In this document: positions 12,628-24,959 of the stretch, one piece after another | How the letters are laid out: every line of letters begins with the position of its first letter | How positions within the stretch are numbered: the first letter of the stretch is position 1 | NCBI GenBank assembly: GCA_038496445.1 | Contig: JALMLS010000052.1 | Coordinates: 62,001-126,000, forward strand | Length of the DNA stretch: 64,000 nucleotides | Reading direction: 5' to 3' | DNA from: Trichosphaerium sp. ATCC 40318 | Lineage: Eukaryota; Protista; Tubulinea | Notes under the pieces: model-generated | The model's input: the letters and a program-made list of their open reading frames with translations, nothing else | What the model was told of the DNA's origin: nothing | Databases searched by the model: none | Program-made: the position numbers and the translations under genes

Positions 12628-13479
12628 AGCTTGCATGAGGTTGTTGATGAGGAGCTGCAAGGATTGTTTTGGGCTTGAAAGTCTGTATTTTAGTTTGAAA
12701 TTTATAAAAACTAATTTTCAACAAACTCCCGATGCAAGATGATATAAATGACAACAGGAACAATACATACTAAAAGTACAGCCTAAAAGTTCTTTCGGGT
12801 TATTATTGTTAAAATAGGAACCCAGAAACTTCCGCAAAATACAGGATAACCCAAAACTGGTATTCGCAACAACTCGTGTTTGAAGCAATAGACTGTTGAG
12901 TAAGCTGTCATATTATACGAATACTATGTAACGCAGTTTGAGTGGTTTGGAGAAAGAAACCCGGTTTTAGGTAGTAAGAGCGCTGGGTAGCTACAGCAAA
13001 TAAGTTTAGACACTTACTAACATCTTTCGAAAATAAGTTGTGTAGCTAGCTGATTGCAGAAAAAAAAAGGACAAACAGTCCTAAGTAGGTGAATACCAGC
13101 TCAGTTTCGAGACGGCGGTTTTCGGTTCGCAACCGGTCCGAGCTAAGAACAAGTGTCTTCACATTCACTGCCTTACGTCGTTAAAATTAAAAATTGTACA
13201 CAAAGAGGTTGAAAGCCTATTTTCATAATGCTCAATCTCCTCTGCTTCCTAAAAAAGACACGTGATTGGGTAGCGCCAAGTGAGGGATAAAACTGAGTAA
13301 AAACATCGAAAGAATTTATCACGTGATTTTTTTTTCTGTCAAAATACACTGGAACGCTGATTGGTGATTGCTTCATCGAAAAGCGCATCATCCCAATTAA
13401 GTTAACTCGTGGAGAAGGTACGCTAAGAATTGGTGCTTGTTCTACGTTTAAAAACCGTTAAAACTCAAACTCAAGCAGC

Positions 13480-14190
13480 ATGTCAGCGACTCCAATGTCA
13501 AATACCGGATTTTATAGTACAATCGCCGTTCTGGCTAGTTCATGCGTTGGTAAGGCAGTAATTTAACGTTGGGTGATGTACAAACGAGTGTAGCCTTGCG
13601 TCGGTTAGACGTTGTCGAATGGAGGTCAGAAAAGCTTGAAAGTATGCTACGCATCTGTACTTCAATGGTTTGGTGCGGCTCATTACTTTCTATTTCATTC
13701 ATGGAGGCTTGGTTAAAGTTCCGCTCACCGTTTATCAAAAAGGCCAAATACGTGCGTTTTAACCCTTTTGGCGCCAAAAATGACCTGGTACATTAGATTG
13801 GCTTCGATGTAGGCCGTCGAGTATTCTGGGGCTTGCACCGAATTGAGATGGTTTTAAACGCGATACTACTCGGTCTATGTGCGCGGAACATAACAAAAGA
13901 TTACAGTACAATGGCTTTGACATTTATCCTCTCTGTATGAACCAAAACATAATCAAAACACGTCATTTAACTGTCACTAGCTTCAAATCCTATATATTGC
14001 GCCTATACTTGATTCAAGAGCTTTAGTGTACATAGCAGGTACAACTTAAACAACAGCACAAAGCTCTGACGCCACTTAAGGTAAAACCCCTCCTTCGAGT
14101 AAAATTCACGCTGTCTACGCACTACTAGAATGTGTCAAGCAAGTCCTGTTAATCTCAGATACAGTAAGCATTGTCCAATCAGTTTTGTAG
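13480..14190 (+). CDS. Small multi-pass membrane protein of a bacterial-like uncharacterised family (DUF4149/TMEM205-like)
   Basis: Spliced WCGSLLSISFMEAWLKFRSP...IGFDVGRRVFWGLHRIE...PILDSRA...HAVYALLECVK; several hydrophobic helices. Confidence 0.65.
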
Positions 14191-14280
14191 AGCCACCAAT
14201 AAACACCATTTTTTAGTAAAAACTCAATCACCCTTTTTTGTTTGGAGTTGATTTTCTTTTTCTTTTTTTCTTTTTTATTT

Positions 14281-17046
14281 TTATACAACGCTGTATCCTT
14301 GCAATTGGCATTTCAAAATAATAGTGCAAATAAACTTATAACGTATGATGCATTCCTCCTTGGTTTTGTCCGAAACGAGTTCAGCGATGTTATCCCTGCA
14401 ATAAGTGTTAAAAAATGGACACAAACACGTAGATGGAAGTCTGACTAATCAAGACTTTTTCGAACAAAACAACGTGCCAGCGTTTTGGGTCGGCTTTCTT
14501 CCATTTTTGTAGACCATCCTCAAGTTGTTTTTGTTGAGAATTGTTCCAACTTTCAGCAGATGTCAACTCATTGGTAGTCATAGGCTTTACGGTTGTGAGA
14601 TTATCCTTGGCTTGTGACTCCCAATTCTATTTTATTTAAAGAGTGAGTAGACGCCTTATAATCGAAATTAAAAAGCAATAAGCTTTTGGTGTACCTGAGA
14701 GATATCAGACTGAACATCAAGTTTGGCATTTCGTTTTTCTTTCTTGTATTGAGAAAATGAGTCTTCCAATTGTCTTGTTGTAGAAGTTTGATCTTGAAGC
14801 TCTAAAGAATGAATCAGTACATTGTATTTGTACTAAAATTCAAACAACGGGTATTGAGAAGCGCTTTGAACACAGATATTCGAATTTACCTCCAACTACT
14901 ATCTCTTGGCAAGTCAAAGTGTTATCAGAAGAGAAAACCTCAACTAGAGAACACACAAGCCAGAGAACTCTCGCGGAGGATAAAAAAAAAAAAAAAGATT
15001 TCTTCCAAATTCCAAAATAGTAATAAAATCAGGCGCCAGTAGCGATATCCTTACCTTTGCCTTGCATGTTCTTGACCTTGTATATAATTTGTTTATTGGT
15101 TTTGGTTCCACCAATATAGTGTCGAATAAGAGACCAGCGGTCTGATACACCTCCAGGGTATTTAATAATACCTTGAGAAAGCAATTTAAGCTCCTCTGGT
15201 GTCCATTCAACATTGACAGGTCCACTGTTGGTATCTACATTAAAAAATAAGTAAAAACAAATCCAAAAAAAAAAAAGGTTTTTCTTACTTTTTTTTGCCT
15301 TGCTCTTGGCTGCTTCAATTCTAGCTGAAGCTTGATCTAATAGCTTTCTGAATACATCATCGCCCTTTTCAGCAGCAGCAAGAAGTTTATCAAAATCTTT
15401 CAAACCAGCCTTAATCGCAATTCGTGTTGCCTAGGATTAAAACTTTAAGAAAAAGTTTTTTCTTAAGATTTTGTTTTGTTTATCAACCTTTTGTTTATTG
15501 TATTTGATACCAGCAGCTTTCTCCAGGAATAGACTGTATTTTTCTCTACGTAATTCTTTCCTTTGACTATAAATTCACTTAGTACAACCACGTAAATGCG
15601 TTTTTTTGAGTTTCAAACTTCAAAAAAAAAAAGGTTATTTGATTATCTCGTAGCTCCGTTTTTAATCACTTACGCTTCATTTTTTCTGTTCTCTCTCTCT
15701 TCTTCACGTTGTTTACGTTGTTTCTCAGCCTCTGCCTTTTTCTCTTCTTCCTCTTTCTTCATTCTTGCAAGAATTGCTTCGCGCCTTTTACGCTCTTCTT
15801 CTTGCTTCTTTTGGAATTTATCAGCACGAATACGTGGATCTAGCTTGAACGCAGTCTCAACTAAGCCATTTCTAATCAAATAAAGTAAATAAAAAGCGGA
15901 AAGGGAGATAAAACAATTTTTTTACAAAAGTCAAATAACCTTTTTTTGTTTTCAGCTGTTTTGTGTTTCTTGGCTACTTTTGCATTTTCTCTTTCCATCC
16001 AACGTCTTTCATCACGTGCATCTGCTTCTTCAGCATTATGCTCAAATAAATAGCTATAAATCATTAGCCATAAAGTCAACAGGAAAACAAGAAAAACTAG
16101 TCCAAATTTTATCTTACTCATATTTTCTCCATGACTTGAATTTACGCCAGTAGTCGTAAAACTGTTGAACTTCTTTAACTGGAGTGCTAGCATCTCCAAG
16201 AAGAGGTGTATGATGATCTTCCTCGTTCATAACACGTTCATCCCAACGAGCATAGCGAACAAATGCATCACCGAATACAGTGTAGAAATCGTCTTCATCA
16301 CCAATATGCGCTAGACTTGGTACGCTACGCCAAAAATAAGAAAGGTAGTGCCGGGTTGCTAGCAATAAAAACTGACCTATCATCAAAGGGTTGTTGTGAA
16401 TCGTAGGCTCTACGCTTATCTGGGTCAACAAGCTTTTCATACGCAATCTGTTGCGTTGTAGTCAGTATTTAATCATATTTAAGCATCTCCAGTGTATTTA
16501 TACCTGAACTATCTTGAAAATCGCAGAATCTGGTTCTTCACCTCGTTGTTTTGCTTTATCAGGGTGGTACTTTAGAACCATTTTATTGTCTTTGTTGTAG
16601 CGTAAGGACGAATCTTGCAATAAATAAAAACAGGTAATACGTACAGGCTCTTTTAATGTCGCTTTGAGAGGCGATCCACTTCTTGTCTTCCATACACAAG
16701 ACGCCGTAGAAATCCTCTGCAAGGTTACATAACTTTAATTTTTCTTTTTCTCTTTTAAACGTATTAAATTACGCGTGGTGATTATGGTGTGCGTACTGAT
16801 CGTTAGTGAGTTCTTGTTTGGCATCTTTCACAGCTTCTTTTTTAACCTTTTTAATTTTTGGTGTAGCTGTCTAATTCGTATGAATTGGCGGCGCCAAGAG
16901 AATATAAATGACACCCGTACCTTGGAAATACCTTCCTTCTCTTTAGCCTCCTTTAAAAATGCTTGGTAGTCGAACACGGCAGCTTAGAGGAGTCAGAGAA
17001 TAGTTTAACGCGATTATTCAAAAAAAAACGTACAAGTTGTACTCAT
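14281..17046 (-). CDS. DNAJC2: Zuotin/MPP11-type ribosome-associated J protein with C-terminal SANT/Myb domains
   Basis: J domain YHPDK; zuotin region FYDYWRKFKSWR..RDERRWMEREN..LVETAFKLDPRI; SANT WTPEELKLLSQGIIKYPGGVSDRW; second SANT ending KTKEECIIRYK. Confidence 0.92.
14820..14980 (-). ncRNA. Intronic box H/ACA snoRNA candidate with a U19/SNORA74/snR191-like pocket for LSU helix 69
   Basis: Inside an unusually long 253-nt DNAJC2 intron (14802-15054). Hairpin CCTCC/GGAGG plus TCTCTGGC/GCCAAGAGA; pocket GAGAGT...TAGT pairs with ACUA-UG-ACUCUC. ANA box 14 nt downstream, then a second hairpin and ACA. Confidence 0.65.
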
Positions 17047-17344
17047 AGTGCTAGGAACAACACAGATACAGTAGTTCTTGGATTACAGCGACAAAAGCTA
17101 TTGGTAAAAAGTGGAGAAAAATCACCCAAGAAACAAGCGACCAAGTTTGACAATTCTCTAGAACTGTTGTTTTTCAGCCTCAGCTCTACAAAAAGTCCTA
17201 CAGTGCGCCTAGTATACACAATTACTGTAGGGTGGCAGTACCAAGCCCCAACGCAAGCGCTAAACAATAACCAACTTACTAAATCGAGATTGGTAACTCA
17301 TAGTGTACATTATGGCCAATTTATTACGCCCAGTATGTTTAAAT

Positions 17345-19754
17345 ATGCTTAAAGAACTCAAGGCGTTGGTACAAAAACGAAATCGTATTAGTATCAACCG
17401 TTCAATTGCTCTTAGGTAGACGACGTAGAGACAGTAGATCACGAGGCACTCGTTGAAACCGCTGAAGATTTGAAAACGGCTACTTTGAAGGTGGACGAAA
17501 CATTACAGGTTAGCGCTATCTCGCAATGTAACGAAAACGTTATTTCGGTCGCTCTTTCGGCGTTTCAGGAACTCAACGACATCTAGATGTACATAAACAC
17601 TACTGGTATACCTGAAGTACGAAAAGAGGTCAAATCTACTATGTCTACGTTGGTTTCACAAGCAAAGCGAGTTGTGGAGGACATTGGTAAAGTGCTAAGT
17701 GTAAATTGTACAACCAACGTGTTTTTAGACAGCAGTGAAAAGCAGGCAGCGTTAAATGACACTGTTGGTATGGCGCAATAAGTTAATTAAAATTACTAAT
17801 TTGTCACTACAAGACACGATGGTAAAACTCGTCAAACGCATCATGGAGGCAATGTATGAGCGAGGTACATGTTGATGAACAAAAGTTGTTCGCTAAAGTT
17901 CCCACAGATAAGGCAAAAGAGCAAACGAGTGCCAAGAAACGACCTATGCCTGCCGAGTACGTAACACCAGCAAAACACAAGTATGATAGAGGTATAGATT
18001 ACAATTAAGGAAATTTTATGTTAAAATGTGCCACATAGGTAACAGCAAAGAACAAGGCAAAAACAATGGCAGCAAGGGTAAATTATTGCGTAGATTCAAG
18101 TCTCCTGGTAGAGGACGAAAAAACACTTCCCCTGAACCTGTACAATAGCCTTGTATTGTGAATATGCGCGCATTAATTTATTTGTTAAAGGAGCGTGTCA
18201 GACCTGAAGTGATATCTAATATTGATGAGTTTCCACCTGAGATAAAGAAAAAATTAGATAGAGCTAAAATTGATCAAGAGTTGATGGATGCTAATTGGCA
18301 TATACTTCTTAATTCTATAAATCTCGTTTGTAAAAAACGCTACTTGCACCCAGCCGATACAGATAAGAAAAAACACCGTAAACATCGTGGTTATGCACCA
18401 GAAGAAGAATATAGACGCGTCAGTACGTTTTTTAACTGTCCTTGAGTTGTTGTTTAACGATTGCAAAGAATCATCGCTACGCGATGTTGGAAGGCCTGTA
18501 AAAAAGATGTACAAGATATCCCACGAAGTTGGAAAAGGGTACAACAGAAAAAAGAGTTTCTTTTTTTTTTCATTTCTACTGACGCGCTTTTATCTGAAGT
18601 GGATTTGGTGTAGTTTATGCAGCCGTTGATTCAGCGTCAAAAAAAAATAGGGTAGCAATAAAAAAGGTATAACCGAGTAATTCCATGCTCTTTTTTGTTT
18701 TATCTTATTAACTTCAAAAGGCACCACATCGTACGGAGGTAGAAAAGGAGTATAATTATTGTGAAATTGCTATTCTACAAAAATGTGATCATCCAAACAT
18801 TCTCAGCTTCAAGAACGCCTTCTTGGTTAGCGAAAAGTTCGAGGTAGGGAATAAAAACCATATTAGACGTTTTTAACGATACAAACATATCCTGTAGTGT
18901 TGGATTGTTACAGAGTTTATGGAAGGTGGTACGCTTAGCCAAGCGGCTAGAAACTATGGATTCTCTGAGAAGCATATCGCCTACACAGCAAGAGAAATGC
19001 TGAAAGGTTAGTTGATAAATTCAAAGAAAAAGTAAATTTCGTAAATGTTTTGTTCAGGTATACAGTATCTTCACCGCTCTGGTCTTGTACATCGTGATCT
19101 TAAGAGTGAGAATGTTATGATGTCAGTTAAGGGTGATATTAAACTCAGTACGTCTAGAATCATGTTTTGAAACGAAAAAGACGTTAACATAAAAATAGTC
19201 GATTTTGGATTTTGCGCGGATTTCTCAGAAGGAGAAAGACATGACACGTTGGGATCTCCTTTCTGGATACCTCCAGAGATGATAAGAAAAGAACCACATT
19301 CATACCCTGCAGATATATGGTCTTTTGCAGTATGCATAGTAGAAATGCTTTTGAGAAGACCTCCGAATGATCACTCTGCAATTTATGCATTGTTTACAGC
19401 AGCAACAGAAGGACTACGTAGTAGTATACCAACAAAGGTTACTTCAAACTGTAAAGACTTTCTTAGAAAGTGTCTCATCATTGAACCTTCAAAGAGAGCA
19501 ACAGCAGAGCAATTACTAAAGGTACAGCCCAAAAAAAAACCAAGAAAACGATTTTTGGACAAAAGCAAAGTTTTTATTTTTTCTTGGACTTCTTGTTTTG
19601 TCACGTTTTTTTCGTTGGTGTTAATTAGTGCGTGGAACTTACTTTTCTTTAGCATCCATTTTTGACACCAAAAGGTCTCAGTGACGGATTTGCAAAGGTT
19701 GTCAAAAATATTTTTATTTCAAATGTACTTTTACAAACTGGTATAAACTTCTAA
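17345..19754 (+). CDS. STE20/PAK-like Ser/Thr protein kinase with N-terminal helical region
   Basis: Spliced GKG|[55 protein letters not shown]|HPFL. Confidence 0.9.
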
Positions 19755-20210
19755 GTACTCACCCTTTGACTTGCTTGCACAAAATATGTGTTTGTAATGT
19801 TTTAATAAGAATGTGGAATTATCTTGACGTGCAAATTTTTTGTCTATTTCATCTTTGACGTGCGTATGGCTTGGTACAAATACCCAGCTGTATTTACGCT
19901 CTATGAACGAAGTTTAGCGAATCATTTTCTAAAAAGCACATGAACACATAATCACGCCATTGTAGCCTGATACTTTGTTACGATACCGCGAGTCGGAGTA
20001 GGCAATTCGCTTCCAAAAAGGGAAAAAAACAATTTTAATTCTATTGCTTTTATTGCAGGCCACGTTAATCTATGATATCGGAGGTTTTTGAAGAGTATGC
20101 TATGGAGTTTACCATAACTGGAGCATTTTTTTACATAGCGAAAATGACGTCAATGTATGATGTCAACGTTATTTCGTAGCTACTCTACAAAAAACCCAGC
20201 AATACTAACA

Positions 20211-22106
20211 ATGCATCGTCTCAACGTTCATATAGCAATACTGGCCTGTGTCATCGTGTTTACGTGCGGTAGTTTGCAGTATACTATACTGCCTGGGCCT
20301 TATACTTGGAGTGACGCCGTTAGCGCGTGTATTGCAAAGTACTAGAGTGTTTTTGTTGGTTTTTGTAACGTTTACTGTTTAGCGGGCAACAAATTGCCGA
20401 AATTCATAACGCACAAGATTTTAATGCCATGGTACCGCTTGTAACGGTGCACACTTGGCTTGGAGGAAAACAACGAGACTCTTTACCACTTTCAACTTGT
20501 CTGGCAGGGTACGACCATATATACAACGATTTACCTGGTATCAAATGATTGAATACTGCATCTTCAATTATCCAAAACGGTCTTGTTTGACTGCTCGTTT
20601 ACCAGAAAATAACATTTTCTAGTGATACTGGTAGCTTGTTCGATTGTGCATGTGATAGCTGTGTAACTAGTGCCTCATTCTGCCCCGATTGCCAAAATCA
20701 CCTTGACGGATATTATTGGCTAAGTAATAGTGCTGTTTCGTTGATTTCAACAGATCTATACACTAGCAGCACGTGAGTGCCTTTCCAAAAAACAAGTAAT
20801 CTAACTTTGTTTAGAAATATTACGAGCTATCTAACGACGTACTGGACGGACAACAATCCAACTATAGTTCTTGGAGCTACGGGTACTGAGCGACAGGAGT
20901 GTTTGGAAATGCTTAGTACAACGAAAAAATTGAACGATGGAGCTTGTACAGCCATGAGAGCTGTAGCGTGCCAACCTTTACCACCAACCACTACGCCACC
21001 TACAACAGAAACCCCAACTACTATACCTCCTACAACAGAATCTCCTACAACAGAAGCACCAACAACACTTCCACCTACCACTGTATCTCCTACTACAGCG
21101 CCTCCAACAACAACAGCACCAACAACAGGTTCTCCAACTACTATACCTCCTACACCAGGTTCTCCAACTACTATATCTCCTACAACAGAATCTCCCACAG
21201 GTTCTCCAACTACTATACCTCCCACAATAGGTTCTCCAACGACAATAGTACCTACTACAGAGGCTCCAACAATGATGCTAGCAAGCACTAATTGTAAGAC
21301 TTACTATTTTTTTCAACAAACACTTTTTTCTTTCTAATTGTTACTTCAGTCAGCTTGCGTTTCTCAAAGCCTCTATCGATCACTGAGGTTGATTCTTTTG
21401 CTAATCTCATTGCTCCTGTATTCGGTGTCCGTGAGGAGTTTATATCAGCTAAATCAGAAGGAACTAGCTCTAAAAGGCAAGCTTCGAACACTGTTGTAGT
21501 AACAGTAACTCAAGATCCACGTACGGGAAATCAAAGGCTTACCTTAACATATGTACTAATTAACCCTTACTTTTAGTTGTTTCTGAACCTATATCAGACT
21601 TTGTAGATAATAAACTATCCGATCCAGCAACATTTGTTAGTGTTCAACTAATAGCATCAGATAACTTTGGTGCTGATGTTGAACTTGTTGGTGCATTATT
21701 ACCACAAGAAGAAGAACCACCAACACTTGGATTTCGTAATGGATATATCTTTGGTATAGCTATTTTGATAGGTACAACGCACTTACTTTTAATGGCAGTT
21801 TGTAACATGTCAAAAAACTTTTAGCTTTAGTTGTTGATTGTTAATTGCGTGATGTTTTTCGTAGTTCTTGTCGTTGTACTTGTAGTACTTATTGTGCTGG
21901 TTGTTTTAATACAACAACGAGCTAGCGCTAATAAGATTAACAAAGCTGCGGCTGAATATAGAAGATCTGCATCTTCTAAAGTAATGAATAAGGTAAGCAA
22001 CAATACAACATCAATATTTTTGTTAATATTTGTTATTCATTAGGGTGAAAGCATTGGTGTATTTAATTCTCCAAGATCAGACACTGAACTCATAGTGGCA
22101 AATTGA
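20211..22106 (+). CDS. Type I membrane protein: C-type lectin domain, mucin stalk, TM, short tail
   Basis: Signal peptide; YTWSDAVSAC, WLGG, YWTDNNP, ECLEM...LNDGACTAMRAVAC; PTT repeats; TM VLVVVLVVLIVLVVLI. Confidence 0.8.
20983..21270 (+). repeat. Coding imperfect tandem repeat (xxPTT pentapeptides)
   Basis: Repeated GGTTCTCCAACTACTATA(C/T)CTCC and ACAACAGAATCTCC units. Confidence 0.75.
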
Positions 22107-22446
22107 GATGACTAAGAGTTCCTTTTTCTATCTTCGTTACTTAATCAAACATGTACAATAATAAAGAGACGGAATGTAAAAATGATAAATAGACCTGAGT
22201 TACTTTGTTGGAGAATGTGACTATTTTTCCTTTGGTATTTTTTATGGCATTAGATTTAAGTTGGGTTATTCTTCTGGGCGGTTATTAATGACACAAATGG
22301 TGCACAAGTAGAAGTGAAGAGTTTTTCAAGATACAACTTGCGAGCACTATATTGTAGCTTCAAAAAAAGGTCCGTTTCACAAATATAGATGAGATGTAAG
22401 AGATAGTGCTCGGGTGTAGTCAATATTATGTTTTTATTTTCTCAAG

Positions 22447-23912
22447 TTACAAAAGGAAACACAAGATTGCCATCAATGTCATTACGACTGCCGTTAGCTT
22501 AAACGATCCAGATGTGGCAGTGTCATCATTTGTTGTAGATGTAACACCTGTAGTGCGAAGAGCAGGATCCCAGTTGCATGTTTCTCTAAGGTTTGAGATG
22601 CCTGTGAAAGACCAGTACAATACATTAGCGTGCTCGTCGTTATCTTGAGATTCTGAGTCATCTTCCTTTTGTACAGTGACGACAGCAACAGTGCGGTTAC
22701 CACATTCGATCTTTAACAAGGTTATAAGTACAAAGAAGGAAGAAAGCGCAAAGAAAAAACAGCATAGCCACAATTTCGTACCTCTTTCATCCATGATACA
22801 CCACCTTCTTCGTCTTCGTTGTTGCTTCCACATACAGTTTCAGTCTCCTCATTGTCTTTGTGGTGATCACAATGCTTGCGTCTAGCTTTTGTTTGGTACA
22901 CACCAACCTACATTGAGTTAGTATTTAAGTGTCGGAAAAAAACACGAAAGTAGTAAAGATGTACCATAGCAACTTCGTTAGAAGTACCATTTTCCAACCA
23001 ATTGTATTCATCAATGAGACATTCTTTATCGATATTGATATCAAATTTAACATCATCTTGGTTTACAACAAATTTCTTGCTTCTACCAAAGCTTCCAGTG
23101 CCTTTTTTGAGAAGGAGTCAGGGAAGTACGCAATAAATGATGGTTTTTTCGAAAGAAAAAAGAGTGCTCACCAAAGTTAATAAAGAAGATTACTTCGAGA
23201 CATCCATCTGTTGTTTGTAAAATAACTTGTCTTGATTCATCATTAGGATTCATATCCAAAACGTTATTCCATTCCCAGTCATCTCCATTAGGAGGGTACG
23301 TGTTTACCAAAGTGTCAACATCTGGGTCATAACCAGCATCACCTGATGGCTCGTACCTAAATAAAACGAGTCAGCAACAAAAAGAGAAAGAGGTAAACAA
23401 AAGAGCTTGACCAAAAACTGGAAGGTTTCCAGGTTTTATAGAATAGGTGGGACGTACTCTACAAGGTTTTTAATACGCAAATGAGACTTTACAAATTTTC
23501 TAGCGGACTTGAACTTTTCAAAGTGCTCAGACTTCATTCGGAGTTGGTTTTTAGATCCTTCTACGTCAATGTCGACTTCAAGCTATCATTTTTAAGGTAA
23601 GAGTCAATCTTTTTTGGCTAAGTTGTGGGTTTTGGGTCGAAACTACAAATTGTACCTCGTCTTTGCGTGGTCCTTGGTGTCCTTTGGCTTCAATAGAGAC
23701 GGATGTTGCCTTTGAAAAAGCGTTAAAAGAGAGTACGTCAGAAAACCAGAACATGTGGAAAATGGCGGTCGAAGAGCAATACGTACTGTTACAGTGTAAT
23801 CATATCTCAATTTTGTGCGAGCGTGGTGCCAGCCAGGGGTGTCGTCTGTTTTATTATCACTAGCGCACACGCAAGCGATAAGTGCGATTAGAACGATAAC
23901 GAAGCGTTGCAT
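22447..23912 (-). CDS. Uncharacterised secreted/GPI-anchored protein
   Basis: Signal peptide MQRFVIVLIALIACVCA; multi-exon; ends VLYWSF..CNWDPAL, a Thr/Ser spacer and a hydrophobic C-terminus. Confidence 0.7.
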
Positions 23913-24479
23913 TGTTGGCTACTTGTTTACTAAAAAAGGAGTTTTCGGTAGCCGCAAAACTAAACGCAGAGTAGCAACGCCAGAATTAAGCTCCTATATG
24001 AATACAGAGTACGAATATCGTTTTTTACTTTTGTAGTCAGCGTGGCCGCAACTTTCGGGTTGTACTTGCGTCATAGTCAAAGTTGTACAAAAAAATGTGA
24101 ATATCTTTGAACAGACTCGTGGTTTGTTCAATGTGACTGGGATTACGTCTTGAGTTATGCTCTCAGGTTTTATGCACATTCTCCACGTCGGTAGAGATTC
24201 ACTGCTAAGGGAGTTGTAGAGAGGGAACGGAAACATTTGCAATCTTTTTTTCGCCAATCAAACTGAAACTCATCAATTTTTTCGCGTGGCCACGTATTTT
24301 CAAGCTTCGTTCAGAATTTTTTTCTATATTTGGTTTAAAAAGCATACATCCACTTTTGCCGTTCCTTCAACTTCAACAGCTACCAGGGTGGTATTGCACT
24401 AGATGACCACTTTTCATATGCACAGAAGTGGATTCTTCGTCATTTGTAACAAATGAGAGTATAGGTAGAGGTGGCAAAT

Positions 24480-24537
24480 ACCGGTCCGATACCGGTCCGG
24501 TTTCAATATATCGGTTTTCGGTCCGTAACCGGTCCGT
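24480..24537. repeat. Cluster of (A)CCGGTCCG motifs in a divergent intergenic region
   Basis: Three CCGGTCCG plus CGGTCCG within 60 bp; related clusters at about 13113-13141 and 30371-30430. Confidence 0.5.
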
Positions 24538-24959
24538 GATTTAGAGCAAGAGCAGTATTCATTCAGTGAATAACAATGTAATTGGCTTCTTTTTGAACCA
24601 CCACTCACTTTATTTTGAATAAAAGTAGCCTGAAACGCCTTAAAATTGAGAGTTCTACACATAGAGTGGTTGAAAGCCCTCAATCAGCCCGTTTTAACAA
24701 AATTAAGTTTAGCGGTAAAACAAGCTACTTTTTTTGAGTCAAAATGTGCCTGTGGTGACGTTATTTTGACATTTGGACAAAATCACGTGATGTTACATAC
24801 TTTCATACACTTTCACCCAAACATCTTTTTATCACTTTGTGCGCGTAGAGCAACTTATCAAGTGCATTGCTTACGCGAAATAATAGTATCTAAACTATTT
24901 TAGGTATGAAAAAAAAAAAGTGTTGTTTTTTTTTTCTCTGACTATCAACAGCTTGTAGA

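Noticed and set aside
20827-21288. Val/Gly repeat ORF (similar ones at 11420-11647 and 10731-10919)
   Set aside because: Antisense of PTT mucin repeats.
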